The position numbers and the translations under genes are program-made. A stretch of 64,000 nucleotides of DNA, taken from positions 124,001 to 188,000 of the forward strand of contig MCFE01000036.1 in assembly GCA_002104905.1 (NCBI GenBank). Direction: 5' to 3'. A model generated the notes under the pieces. It saw only the letters and a program-made list of their open reading frames with translations, had not been told where the DNA came from and did no database searches. Below, one piece after another: positions 35,506 to 47,776 of this stretch (positions are counted from its first letter, which is position 1; each line of letters starts with the position of its first letter). Source of the stretch: Basidiobolus meristosporus CBS 931.73 (lineage: Eukaryota > Fungi > Basidiobolomycota).

Positions 35506-38259
35506 TCAGCTCTTCTTGAAGACCGAGCCAAGTAACGTCTTGAACGAGTCGAATTGTCGCGGTTGGATGTATTTAGGCAGGGTGAAGTAGAACGAGCAAC
35601 CCTCCTGCGTCTCGGGTCGGACGAAGCGTAGATTCTCCAACATGAAACCTTTCATACATTTAAGGATCAACTCCGCCCTCTTGATCACCAGATTCTCCGG
35701 GAACAACCCGAGCTCGAGGTTTTCCGTCAGCAATAGCATCGGCAGTTGGAGGGTGTTCACATCGTACCGTTGACATGTCTTGAGAACGTTTCGAAGCCCG
35801 GTGATGAGCGGCGATCGTTGTGTGAGATTGATGTCTTTCGCCTCTGGGAGCTATGAGTTATGGAGATGTAATGGGATGTGGGACGAAGGCTTGTTCGCAA
35901 GTCACATAAAAAGATACGTTCAGGCCCAACGAACAAATGGAATACCAGATGAATCATGGGAAGGTTGGAATGCCGGGTGATGAAAAAGTCGCCTGTAGCA
36001 AGGTCACAGCGTTAGGACCAATACAGAGAGAGACCGACGTGATGCGTACCTGGCTGTGGCAAGTTGGGCTCCTGGAAGTCCTCTTCTATCGTTTTCATCT
36101 GGCCTTCAACATCCTCGAAATGGAACTCGGTTGTTTGCCGGCATTTGCGGAAAAATGCTGAGATATTATGGGCCCGGTTAGCAAGGCGTAGGGTTTGAAT
36201 GGAGCCAGGAAGGTTGGCTACCTTGGTTTGCGGACTTTCCCTTGATGTATTTCGGCCAGTCTTTAAGCTCCAACAGAAGCAGCGAGGCAGAGAGATTCTC
36301 TGAATAGAGCGATGTGGTGGTTTGCGCATGTATCTCTTGGTTATGCTCGGCCTCGGCTCCAGTTTGCATGGTGCTTTCCAAATCTGCTACCTGGAGTCTC
36401 AAGTTGTATCTGGATTTGACGTGAGTTCCAAGTGAAATGGTCAGATTCTCAACGAGCTCCGTCTCTTTAGTCAACCGACGCCTAAGAAGTGAAGAGAATG
36501 TAAGCACACCTTCGCCACAAACAGTCACACATGTAAAGCAGCCAACTCTGAGTCGTTTTCATCGAATTTAAGGTTCTCCATCGCTTTCCCCAGCCAGCCG
36601 CCCAGTTTCCGCATGGATGGATTGGAGTTGGATGACAGCTGGGCCTGACGCTGGTTTAAAAATGACATCGGGGACCAGGATTTGGTTTGTTTCGAGAACG
36701 ACTCGTTGCTGTTCACTCGACCGAAAAGCTTTTTACGGGACGGGTCAGCGCCACGATAGGAAGAGTCGTGCTCTTGCTTCCTGCTTTGAATCAGTTTCTT
36801 TTCGTGAAGTTTCACTTCGATGGCTTGGGGGTTTTCCAGCAGCAGCATGACTGCTTGTTCCTGTTGTGTTGATGCAGCTAAGGTCAGATCAATGGTCAGC
36901 AGCAGTAACTTCACAGTTGAACGTACAGTGTTTCTATTGGTGATTTCTAAGGCGCATGCCGCTTGGTCTCGACTGAAGCCCATTTCCTGAAGTTCCGCAA
37001 TCGTTCTGTCAAGGGCAGGGTCTTCTGGCTATAGTTCAGGGTTAGTCAACGTGCCAGAGTCTTATACGAGTGGGCTTTACAAACCGGTGGGGCGTTTGTG
37101 GTTTCGGCGGTTGGCATGAGGCTAGCTAGCTCCTGTGTTGGATGAGGGTATCTCTCGGTAAATTCCAGAAACGTGGCGTCCAAAATAGACTTGTCCACAT
37201 GATCCTCTGCTCTCAATTGATGGTTTTCATACTCGGCCAGCTTTTCTTGGTGCTTGCTGTAGAGGATACGTACGAAATTGGTGAATTCCTGGCGCTGGCT
37301 GGCCTTGGTCTCCTCTAGTGTGCTGCCCCAGGTAGCCTGGGCCACCTCCATTTCCTACAGAAATAAAATGAGCATTATCTCTGTGTAAACGCGCGAGCTT
37401 GACTAGCCTACCTCGACATGTCTTGACACTAGGTTGGTGAAGTCCTGCTCGTAGTTACCGCGTTCCACTGCTCGTTCCATCCGTATTGCATGTCTGTCAA
37501 CAACAGACACATGTTTAATGAGGGGCCACTTGTCAATAAATCGAGTATGTGTCTACCTGTCTTGGATTTCCGTTAGATTTCTTTCCATCTGTTTGTGTAT
37601 ATCCCGCATCTTCTTTGCATACTTCTTTTCCAATTCCAATAAATACGAATACACAGTAGAGAACGGGGAGAGCACCAAGGCCTGATACGCTTTCGGAAAA
37701 CTATCCTGGATGATCACATATCAATGCACATTAACGATTCCCATGATCGTCACAAGTACAAGGGCATGAAAATGGCGTGTACCTCCTCATGTTGCTTGGC
37801 AAAATTCGAGGTAAACTCTTCGTAGGAGAGCGTTAGCGCTTCAGAGGTTGCTTCAGACTCTAATTGTGACACGTCGAAAACCAGTAAGTATGCATTCGAG
37901 GGAAAGAATAGTACTGGTTGCAGACGGACGAAATCTCAGCCCGAACCTCCCTTGAAATACCTACCAGCCTTGGTTAGCCCTTCGAGATGAGCGTCCATTT
38001 TTAATTGGAGTAATGATAGGACCGTTGATAGTATGTGATGCTCAAGATAAACCGGTAATTTATGCTCCCTCATGAATCTCCTCACTACATCTAGGAAAAG
38101 CTGTCCCTTTAACATATGCAGAGTACATTTGGTGGGCACATTTTCTAGGCTGGTTCTCTCGTCGGATTCTTCGCTGGTATTCTGGACGGATTGAGGTAAT
38201 GTGAACGTGAGTGTGGCGGTTAGATCGCAAGGAGCCTTTATTAGTGACGAGCTCCACAT
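35506..38259 (-). CDS. C12orf4/FERRY3-like (DUF2362-type) protein with an internal UBA domain, multi-exon
   Basis: C-terminal GDFFITRHSNLP.IH.VFHL...LITGLRNVLK.C..YDV.TL.LP.LLL...KRAEL..KC.KGF matches the C12orf4 family; UBA LQEMGFSRDQA..AL..TN.N.EQAV.LLL at ~36830-36990. Confidence 0.8.
35844..35917 (-). other. Candidate U12-type (minor) GT-AG intron, 74 nt
   Basis: 5' splice site GTATCTTTT; branch-like CTCCATAAC; only the distal AG (CTCCCAG) restores the frame GPE-Q-AKDINL. Confidence 0.5.
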
Positions 38260-38430
38260 TACAATATCCTACTGACTAGAGAAGTAAAAGATGTATGAAT
38301 GGAAGGTTGGTGGTGGTGGAATAGTGATGATGGATCCAAATGAGGATGCACTCCGATTTTGGTAAAATTGTTTGTATAAATGCACCAATATCGATCCAAG
38401 TACCCCAGGATCTCAACTACCAGATGTTTA

Positions 38431-40014
38431 TTATTCGGTTTGGTATATGGAGGTGGTAGGTGAACGGTGTACGGTGGGTGAGAGCGCCATCTATACTGGC
38501 TTCTCGTCTGGTTTGATACCAAAGTGCTTCACCTGTTTGACGTGCTTCAGAACGAAGCTGACCGGAGAGTCGGTAGATTCCTTCAGGTGTTGGTAAAGCT
38601 GCAGAGGCTTTTCCTCTGGGGTCAAGGCTCTCTCTGTGAGAAATCTTTAGCACATGCGCCAACAAACCATCAAGTGAAACAATTACCGGAATTCCCAAAG
38701 CAAACAACCAGGCAGTAATTCTTCCACTCATCGTGGATCTTGTATTTCTTCAGTGCGCCAGCAATCACCTTCCGGCATGGATCGTCTAGTGAAATCCTGA
38801 AGCTCTTGTAGGCTTCATTTGCACGGTCCAGCATTTTGTCGCTGTAAACTCGAATCGCCCCCTCACCTGCGCTCTCCGTGTTGTGTGGGCTGTGCCCGGA
38901 GGGGTACATATTGTGCTAAGATTGGGTCAGTCAGTGCATTGAGGTCTGGGAAATAGATTCACTCACCACCGATCCGTTATCGCTGAGTGATGGTCGAGAT
39001 TGGGTGTGTCCGAGGTGACTCCCAGAACAATGGCTCTCACAGGGTGAAGACGGGGAGGGTGGAGTGTGAGATGAGTCTACATAGGCTCGCTGAGTACAAT
39101 GCTTGGAGCCAGGGGAAATGCTCGTATTGTTCTTGTGATTCGAACCACCTAGGAATTTGGTGATGATCGGTGCCGGCCGTCTTTGTGACGTATTTTCCTC
39201 CTAGTATATCAAATGTTAGAGCTGGTTCGAACCTGACAACAGTTCCAAGCAACCTTCTCTGGTTGGACCAGCTTCCACACTGGCCTTAGCTCCTCCCTTA
39301 ACGTGGACAGATCGCTAGTTAGCCGACCGATTTCCTGCTGTAAGCTTTGTATTAACAAGTCTATGCAACTGGGTTACTAAAGCGGAATTATACAATGGTA
39401 GCAAAACTCTCCCTACCCCGGTCTTTGAGTGCGGCGTGGAATTTTCGATATTCCTCCGAATAGTTGCCTCCCTCATCGTCCTGGTGTCGGAGTAAGAGAA
39501 TGGATTTAGCGAAATTAGCCGCATTCTATGGGTGTTCGTTGACGCGTTGGTCCGCAAAATATCACTCTTGTCCCTACCAGGTCATGTTCTACAGCTTGGT
39601 TTTCAACGAACGATAAGGAGAAAAAAGGGAATTAGATTCTACGAATCGACACCATAGAAGCTCGTCTAGACAGCTTACAAGGGGGTATGTAATCATCCGG
39701 CTCTATAGGGATTTGGTGCTCCGTCTTCAGGTGATAAATAGCTTTCAGCAATTGTAGTCGCTTCCCTACGGAACGTATAGAGAGTTCCTTCAATGCATCG
39801 TGGTCAAGATGTAAAAGAACAGAGCCGGTGATCAGATTATCTGAGGGTATTCAGAAGCACGAGAAGTAAGTCTGGTATGTACAGAGGGAAACGCAATAGG
39901 AGCAAGCTAATCGGAGAAATGATTACCTCGAAAGGGGCTCTCGTATGCTTCGTAACCCATTGTTCTCAACCATTCACATACTTCCTGGACTCCCCAGTTG
40001 GTCACATGATCCAT
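38431..40014 (-). CDS. STE50: Ste50-like MAPK adaptor (N-terminal SAM, C-terminal Ras-association domain), multi-exon
   Basis: SAM: NWGVQEVCEWL...LLHLDHDALKELSIRSVGKRLQLLKAIY; RA: YKSFRISLDDPCRKVIAGALKKYKIHDEWKNYCLVVCFG...EEKPLQLYQ. Confidence 0.85.
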
Positions 40015-40332
40015 ACTTGTACTTCCGCCGCTAGCGACCCGGTATTCTATATACTATATTATCTTCGTGCTGTACAAGACCTCCTCAAGAGAACTACGTA
40101 GCCACGATGTTCACCCAAGAGAAGAAGGTTTCAAGTTCGAGAACGCACCCAGTACCAGAGTAAAAATCGACACCCCTCCAACACAATAAATTACGATATA
40201 ATCACGATTTATTCAGGATCGCAGTGGGATCGCAGTGGGATCGCCTCTAGGCAGCAATCACAGAAATACACTCGACCGGCACGAATGGAAGTTGGATGAA
40301 TGTATTAAGAAATATTACAATGTCTACATGAA

Positions 40333-42255
40333 TCAGAATGGGGCATTCTCGTTGGCCCACAGTTTGAACGTGCGATCGAAGCCTGTGGAAGCGATCAAGT
40401 TGCCATCTAAAATGGAGTTAGAACGAGCGGGCAAATCGGACCTACAGGAGACCTTACCTGCGGCAATATCGACGCTCATGACTTTTCCTTCATGGCCCGA
40501 GAGAGACTTGATCAATTTCCAGGTGTCTGCTGACCATATCTTGATGGTCCCATCGTACGATGAACTTGCGAGGTACAGCCCTGACACGTTGGGTGTTCCC
40601 TCCATGCGGCTAGTCTCGTACGCCTCTGAAGCATGGAAAAAGCGCACGTCGGAAACAAGGGAGTTGTGTGCGGGGATCGTATACAACGGGCGCATGGTTC
40701 GAAGGTCGAAAATCTTCAGCGTGTTGTCCTCACTCCCCGTAACCACTTGATATCCGTTGGGGGAAAAGTCGATGCCCAGGATATCCTTGACGTGGCCCTC
40801 CAGAACCATGGCGCTTCTTCCAGTCCGAAGATCCCAGATACGGCCAATGGCATCCAAGCCGCTAGATGGATCGGAAAGTTGAGAAACAGAACATGCGATT
40901 CTTGAAGGATCATAACCTCACCCAGTAGCAGCCAGAGCACCGTCGTTCTGGAAAGCAATTGCATACACCTCGCGCGAATGCCCCTCCTGGAGTAAGAGCT
41001 CCTGTGTGGTCTCAACGTTCCACAGCCTCCATGTGCCATCAAAACTAGACGTGGGTTAGTACGATTTTACACAAGAGGGCGGTGTAAATGACTCCACCTT
41101 GCTGAGCCAAGGTACTGTCCCGATGGATGGAAGCCGACTCGAGAAACGCGCTGCGTATGGCCAAGCAATGAAGACACAGGGGTTTCACTTTCCAAGGACC
41201 ACAGATGAATATTCCCGTCCGCCCCGCCAGAAGCCAGGTTCACGGCACTACGACTCAATGAAAGGGTTGACTGCGGATGGAACGCAAGGCCGCCAACACG
41301 GTCGGTGTGTCCTACAAGCTTCTTGATTGGCGCACTGGTACACAAGGGAGTAAGCACAGGATACTAACCTCGCAGATTCAACGCGTTCGAGCAGTTTGGC
41401 ACGTTCCAGAGTTTGACCATTCCTGTCCAGGAGCCAGTGGCAAGGATCTTGGAGTCAGGAGAGAACCGGCCGATCGAAACTGGTCGATCATCACCAATCT
41501 GTGAGCTGTAGTTCGCGTAGCCCTAGTTCATGGATTTAAGTCCAAAGCCCAGTTCTACGGAGTGGTGAATATCGGCGTACCTGTATTTCTGTGTACAGCT
41601 CTTTGCGTGCCGACTTGATCTGCGCCAAGGGTGTCTCATGCTCTGAGCGTTGTCGTGCAAGGCGTTGCTTTGCCCTAAAAATCCCCTCGGTTAACAAAGT
41701 GCCCTCGTTTTCCCGTGGGTGCTTATATACCTTGGCAACGAATAATAGGCGATGTTTCGTCTCGCTACGAGCAGTTCAGTACTACCCTCGGTGAAGAACT
41801 CCTCCTCCTTGTCCGAGTCAGAGCCGCTATCGCTCTCAGCTCTGTCCGAGTCGGCGTCAGCGCCATCCAATTTAGACAGCAACACTCTCAAACGATCACG
41901 ACGCTCCGCAGGCTAGCAAATCAACACCGTCTAGTTAACGATTGACAAACAGATACAAGCTAGACATCATACCCCTTCAGCGAAAAGACATTGCGGCTCC
42001 CCTAACTCCCTAAGTTTGGCACGAACTCTGCCATCGTCGGTTGGTACGGCGAGAGAGCGAGCACGTCTCTTTCGTTCGAATTCATCGAGGATCATCTGAT
42101 GCTCCTCACGCGCTCTCAACGACGATTCTGAAAAGTCATAGTTGCTATCTTCCGCTGGTATCAAAGGAAATGCATGTCTCAGTTAGTCTTTGCATGGGGC
42201 AGATTGCCTTCGTCTTCTAAATACCCAAGTTTTCAAGATCGATTCCGTCGGACAT
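40333..42255 (-). CDS. PRP4: U4/U6 snRNP WD40 protein Prp4 (PRPF4), multi-exon
   Basis: [24 protein letters not shown] (PRP4/SFM region), [24 protein letters not shown] repeats [11 protein letters not shown] and [14 protein letters not shown]. Confidence 0.93.
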
Positions 42256-42822
42256 GTTGAAGTAACTGAGTGCCACTAAATTTCGTGGACCACCGCCGAA
42301 TATTATATAGGACTTAAGCACAAAATCGATTTTCAGGAAAAAAAGAGATTTAACTAAATAAACACATATTCATGACCCAAATGACCCAAATGACGGTGAT
42401 GCTAGGGATGCTTAGGCATCTTAGTGATCCAAAATACAAGCAGCTTTATATTAAACTAAGTAATCAATGGAAGGGTCGATTGAATATCTTGATGCTCTTG
42501 CTCTTTTTCGAATATTAGCCTCGAATGGAAGGCCAGAAAGACATGTAAATACTGGTGGGGGAGGGGAAAATTACATGGTGGGGACATCGAGCGGGAATGA
42601 GGATTAAAGAGAAAAAGGAAGAGACATTCAGATAGAAGTGAACGAGACGGCAACCGGAGTGGATAAGAAAAATAGGCCACAAGCCCTGAAACAAGCTATT
42701 AATAAATGTATTGAGTACTTCCCGTCCGGTGTACACACTGCCAGAGTTGGTCGGTAGGGAAACTGTATGAACCATGGACAGCATGATGACCATACATTAA
42801 GTTTGTTAGAATACTGATTCGC

Positions 42823-45800
42823 TTATCGGATCTCCTTGGCTGTCTGAGAGGTCGGCGTGGACACCACCGATGAGTTTGAGAGGGATCGGTTCAACGCCAA
42901 GCTGTTCAAGCTCGGCTTTCTGAGCTTCACGTAGTTCTCGCACCGTTTGAGGAGGTCTTTGGATGAGAGACCGCTGCTGCCCTCTATCAAGCCTTGCTCT
43001 TGCAAGATGTCAGCGACATTCGAGGGGATCTAGTGAGGGAGGAGATTTTAGCCGGATGTCGCGAGCAATTCCAATTGTGTTGTTCCGTACCTGCCACATC
43101 TCGTCCTGGTACTTGAGCAATGCGTACACCGTTTCGATGGACAAGAAAGACTCGTCCTTGACCGGGTCCTTCGAGTTGGTGTAGAGGATATTCGGAGCAA
43201 CCACCGTAGCCAGATTGGCCAGATCCATCTTACTGCCAGCGTCTTCACCGACATGGGAGAAGTTCGAAACCCATCGGAGGAAAATAAACAACGCCTCCAT
43301 CGTGTCGCGATGCGGCTTTGGCATCAGACAGCACGCCAAGTGGATGACTTTCCTTCTATCGTGCTCGTTGGGTAATTCTAGCATCGGAAGCAGCGTTAGT
43401 GCCAGTTTGGCGTTAGTGGTCGGTTGATAAGGGTGGACTTACTTTGCGCAGACACAAAGAGCTTTTGCAATTTGAATGTGAGCAGAGGATCTGGCAGTTC
43501 ACGAAGGTATTTCTTCAACAGCGCGGCAATCTGGATGGCATTATCCTTGGTCAGGTCAATATCGGATGGCTCCTTGTCGATAATCTCGGTGAGTTCACGG
43601 AGTCTTCGAATATTTCCATTCTTTCTGAAGATTCCTTCCACGGTCATATCTAAAGGAGGGTTACTCACGGGGTTCGTCCGATCGTCAAAGAGTGCTACTT
43701 ACCCATTTCACTTAGTGCCCGGATGCTCTTTTCAATGAAGATCGGGATTCGAATTCGCCCGGGAATAACACCGAGATCGGAATCCACGCCGTATTTCTCT
43801 ACCATTTGGTCCAGGCTAAGTCCAAACGTGCCATCCACTTGTGAAGATCGTTAGTGCATGGGCCAGCAATAGGCAGCAAGATGGTTGCGCGTACCTTTGA
43901 CTTTGCCCGGCTTCTTGTTTTGCTTCAGCCCGGTTTTGAACCGGTCCCATATTGTTACCTTTCGGGTGTCGACCAGGCTGAGTAGCTCGTCGAAACTGAT
44001 GAATTTCTCAATGAGCGGCGATAAATTGACGATTGCCAGATGCTTCACAATCAAGGTTTCTAGCTCAGATAACTCAGAAAGATAACGCTTCCGGCCACCA
44101 ACCGACGGAGGTGGGTGTGTGATAAGTGGCTTGGTATGCGCGCCAGAGATGGGCCTCTCTATGACGGTTCCGGATTTGATTTGGTGCTGTGTAAGCACAG
44201 GATACTCGCCAGAATTGGTTTGCTCCAGCTTGGGTGACTGGACCACCTTGATCTCATTATCCTTGTCAATGAACAGATTGACAAGGGAATGAATGGAGCT
44301 TGAGTGCTGGTGATGTTCTACGACCGTTTGTCTTCGGGCATGTGTCATGGATTCGGTCAACTTACGGTCAACCTTACGGCTAGGTATCTGCTTGACGGTT
44401 TCGTCCGTTTCGTTCTTGGGGCTAGACGGCTCGTCCAAGTCGTCCGACGTATCGGACTGGGTGAGCTTTTTATCGGAAAGGGTGGATGAGGCAGTAAGTG
44501 CATCTTCTGTAACGAGCGAGTTAGCACGTGTGCAGGCTGATTGTCAACGCATATGGAATTACCATTAACATTAAGTAGAGTATAGAGTCGCTTAAGAGCA
44601 ACGCGTAATAAGAAGGCGTATTGCTCCAGCTGAGTGACATAGCGAAAGCCATGCGCCCGGGCACTCTTCTTGGTGCAATTGGGACAGTATATAAGAGAAT
44701 GTTTTTCATCGAACGTTGCCTCAAAGAACCTGGCATGCAAGGGGGTGGAACACCTGTTACACTTGAAGCACTCGGTGTGCCAACGATAGGTTTCGTACTG
44801 AATACACTCCCCTTCTATCGTAGTGCGGCATCCAAAGCAAAGATCCGAAGTGATCTCGCTAACACGGATGTACGGCCTTCTTGTGGCGGCGTCATTTTCA
44901 CCGAACTCAACCAATTTGTTGAGGAAGGCGTAGATGGCCGTAGCACTACCGTACCGATTTTCCTGTCACGGCAAGAGAGGTTAGATGAGCCTTGAGAAAG
45001 GATTGGGCGCTCTGTGGCTACATACCAGTTTTAATGCGGCGGTTAAAGCGATTCTAATGAGGACTTTCAGGTAATGCGCTAGCCCAGCAACCAAGGTTAG
45101 AAGCTCCTGGGTAATGCCCATCCTCCGTACACCTGACTCCTGTGTATGTGAGAGCAGCGAAAAGAAGCTCACGATTTTTTTACATAAGAGCTTGGGTTCT
45201 TTGGAGTGCTCCATATCTAAGAAAAGTCGCTTGGTTAGACAGGCGAGCTACGTGGCATGGTTCCAGAGTCAAATCACCTGTATGATCGTCATAACGAGCC
45301 AACTGTTCTTCTAGATCATCCACAGCGGAAAATAAAATCTCGACGTGGTTGATAAAGTTCTCTGCCATCTTGACACCCTCTAGATACTCGCCATTAGATA
45401 CATGCAGCAGCATGTCGGAAATACACGCTGCAGAAGACTCTTCAAACGCAGATAGAATCGTCCATATTTGGTAGACTTTGTCCTCCATCCGTCGTTGGTC
45501 ATACTTCAGCTGCTCTGTTGTATGCGATTTGGAATCGACTGGAATAGAAAGCAAGTCTTTAGCAATTGAACGCTGCCATGCCTCATCAGGGTGGATTTAA
45601 CTTACAGGCCTCGTCATGCTCATCCTCGCTAATCCCGTTACTCGACGCAAGCTTGACGTTCCAGAACTGGATTAAGCCGCAGTTAGAAAGACATTCCCAG
45701 TCGAAGTAGCGTAACCGCCGCCATTACCTTATGAATCATATAACACTCTGGATGCCAATGTTCATTGAAACCGTTACGATTCAACTCCACAAATTGCTTT

Positions 45801-46550
45801 AGAATAGCAGTTTGACAACCGCAACAACGGACGGCGAATAGGACAGAGTAATGATAGTGACAATACACCTTTCCCTCATTTTCGTAGTACGAGTCTTGAG
45901 GACCGAACACTGTGGGACATACAGAACAAGTAAAATGCTCTACATGATACCGCTTGTCTAAAGCAGTGATGTACGAGCCGTAGAGAATTCCTCCACAAGC
46001 CTCGCATACCAAATTCAATCGGCGATAATAATCCTTTTCACATATAGGGTATTGCTTTCCATCTTGCCCTACAACTGGAAAGAATTTAGCTGCTACACTT
46101 TGATCGCAATCCTATTGTAAGTCGTAAGTGATCCTGTTCAATCAATGGCTCAAAAAAAGATTAAAAAGGGGAAAGGTAGATGATCAAGATCGTGGGTTTG
46201 CATCTGTGCCACACAGCCGCAGTGCGAAAACCAAGGCGATGAGACAAGTGTGCGTGGGATGCTATGCGCATTAGAAAGTAAACAAAAACTGTCTCTCTTA
46301 CCAAGCAACGGAAACAAGTTAGATGATAGGTTCCATTTAGCGCTCGTACAAATTGACCGGTCATTGGCTCCTCACATTTTGAGCAAGTCTGACTGATGCC
46401 ATTACTGGTTTCTACATTTTTTACGACGTCTTTAGGTGGCGAAATGCGTTGTGTCGATTCGTTAGGGATGGCTAAGTACGAAACATTTTCTGGCGAACTG
46501 ACGACCACATCCTTCGCATTACTGGTGGGGTTGCTTTCGGGATTATCCAT
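42823..46550 (-). CDS. LIM-domain Rho GTPase-activating protein (Lrg1/Rga1-like), multi-exon
   Basis: LIM motifs CSKCEEPMTGQFVRAL..YH..CF.C, CEACGG.L..SY..AL..RYH.EHF.C, and a third CFGC..; RhoGAP EGIFRKNGNIRRL, AALLKKYLRELPDPLL, KMDLANLATVVAPNIL. Confidence 0.9.
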
Positions 46551-47217
46551 GTGTGTAGGATAGAATGAACAAGGTCAAACTGGGAGCTAAACACACAGAC
46601 AAGTATAACTATTTTGACTGTTGAAGCTGTCTAAAAGTGACTGTAGCCGAAAGAAGTGATACTGGAAAACACGAAATTCAGGAGAAGAATAAAGGACAAT
46701 AATATCGTTTTCAATTCACCTTGGAATTCATGTTTTGCCCAGCAACATGCTGCCCAATCCTGGAACTCATTGATTGGCCCCCACCTTCATTTAGATCTAT
46801 ATCCCCAGTGACCACATATCGCATCTTGTGCAAATGTCAGAGCATCTAAATCCACCCATATTAAGGATATATAGAAATTATTAGTGGAAATCCGTTGCAT
46901 AGCTAAGCTACATCGACCACCATCACAAACACCAGCGCTAAACGAAAAAATTTCCTTCCTTGAGAGCTCTAGTCAGATTCATTAATCCGAATATGCTGTA
47001 AACATCCGTATTTGTGAGTGCACCAGCCAATGAAGTAGCGGCATTGCGTGGATCGAAAAAAATCCCCCATTGCACTACTAAACCACCATTTACCAGGGTT
47101 CTCCGTGAAAGGAGAATATTTTGACTAAAACAACGTCTACTTTTCATGGATCTTTCTTAATTGGTGTGTGGTGCTTGGTTGTGGCTTACAAGTAAACACA
47201 CCCACCCTCTTTACATA

Positions 47218-47400
47218 TCTCGCTCACTCACGCCCATTTGGTTACACGTAAACACGCACACTGCCTACACTTCTCCATTCACAAGCACACTTCACCACTC
47301 TCGCTCACTCGCGCCCATTTTGCTACACGTAAACACTCACACTCCCCACACTTCTCCATTCACGCATCGCAAGCACACTCTACTACCCTCGCTCACTAGC
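47218..47400. repeat. Degenerate tandem repeat, ~81-nt unit, about 2.3 copies, CA-rich
   Basis: TCTCGCTCACTC.CGCCCATTT.G.TACACGTAAACAC.CACACT...CACTTCTCCATTCAC starts at 47218 and 47299, with a partial copy at ~47388. Confidence 0.8.
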
Positions 47401-47776
47401 TCACCCACGTATCACAATTCGTGTCGCGGCCCTCAACAACGACGCCGGCGGGTATTCCTCATCAAAAGGATCCGATCGGTTTGTTCCGGTATGGCTTATG
47501 CTAAACACTGCGATTAAAGTTGGGTGGATTTGGGAGTGGATGTCACAGAGACGTACCCCACGGAGAATAGAGAGTGGTGGGGAACTGAAGACCAATCATG
47601 GGGAAATGGTCGGTATTCTATTTCATCATGGGTAACTTCGCTGGCATTGAATGGGGAATTGGTGGAGTAGACCAGGGTTGCTACGAAAATTCTACCCCAA
47701 GCCATAATAACAACTCCATCACTTAACCGAAACTGACAGTCAACCATCTTGCTCTGTTCTGTCTTGGTTAGGTAAA

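Noticed and set aside
46938-47747. Minus-strand ORFs 46938-47147 and 47514-47747 as a small gene
   Set aside because: No recognisable motif or consistent splice path; they lie in a divergent promoter/UTR region.
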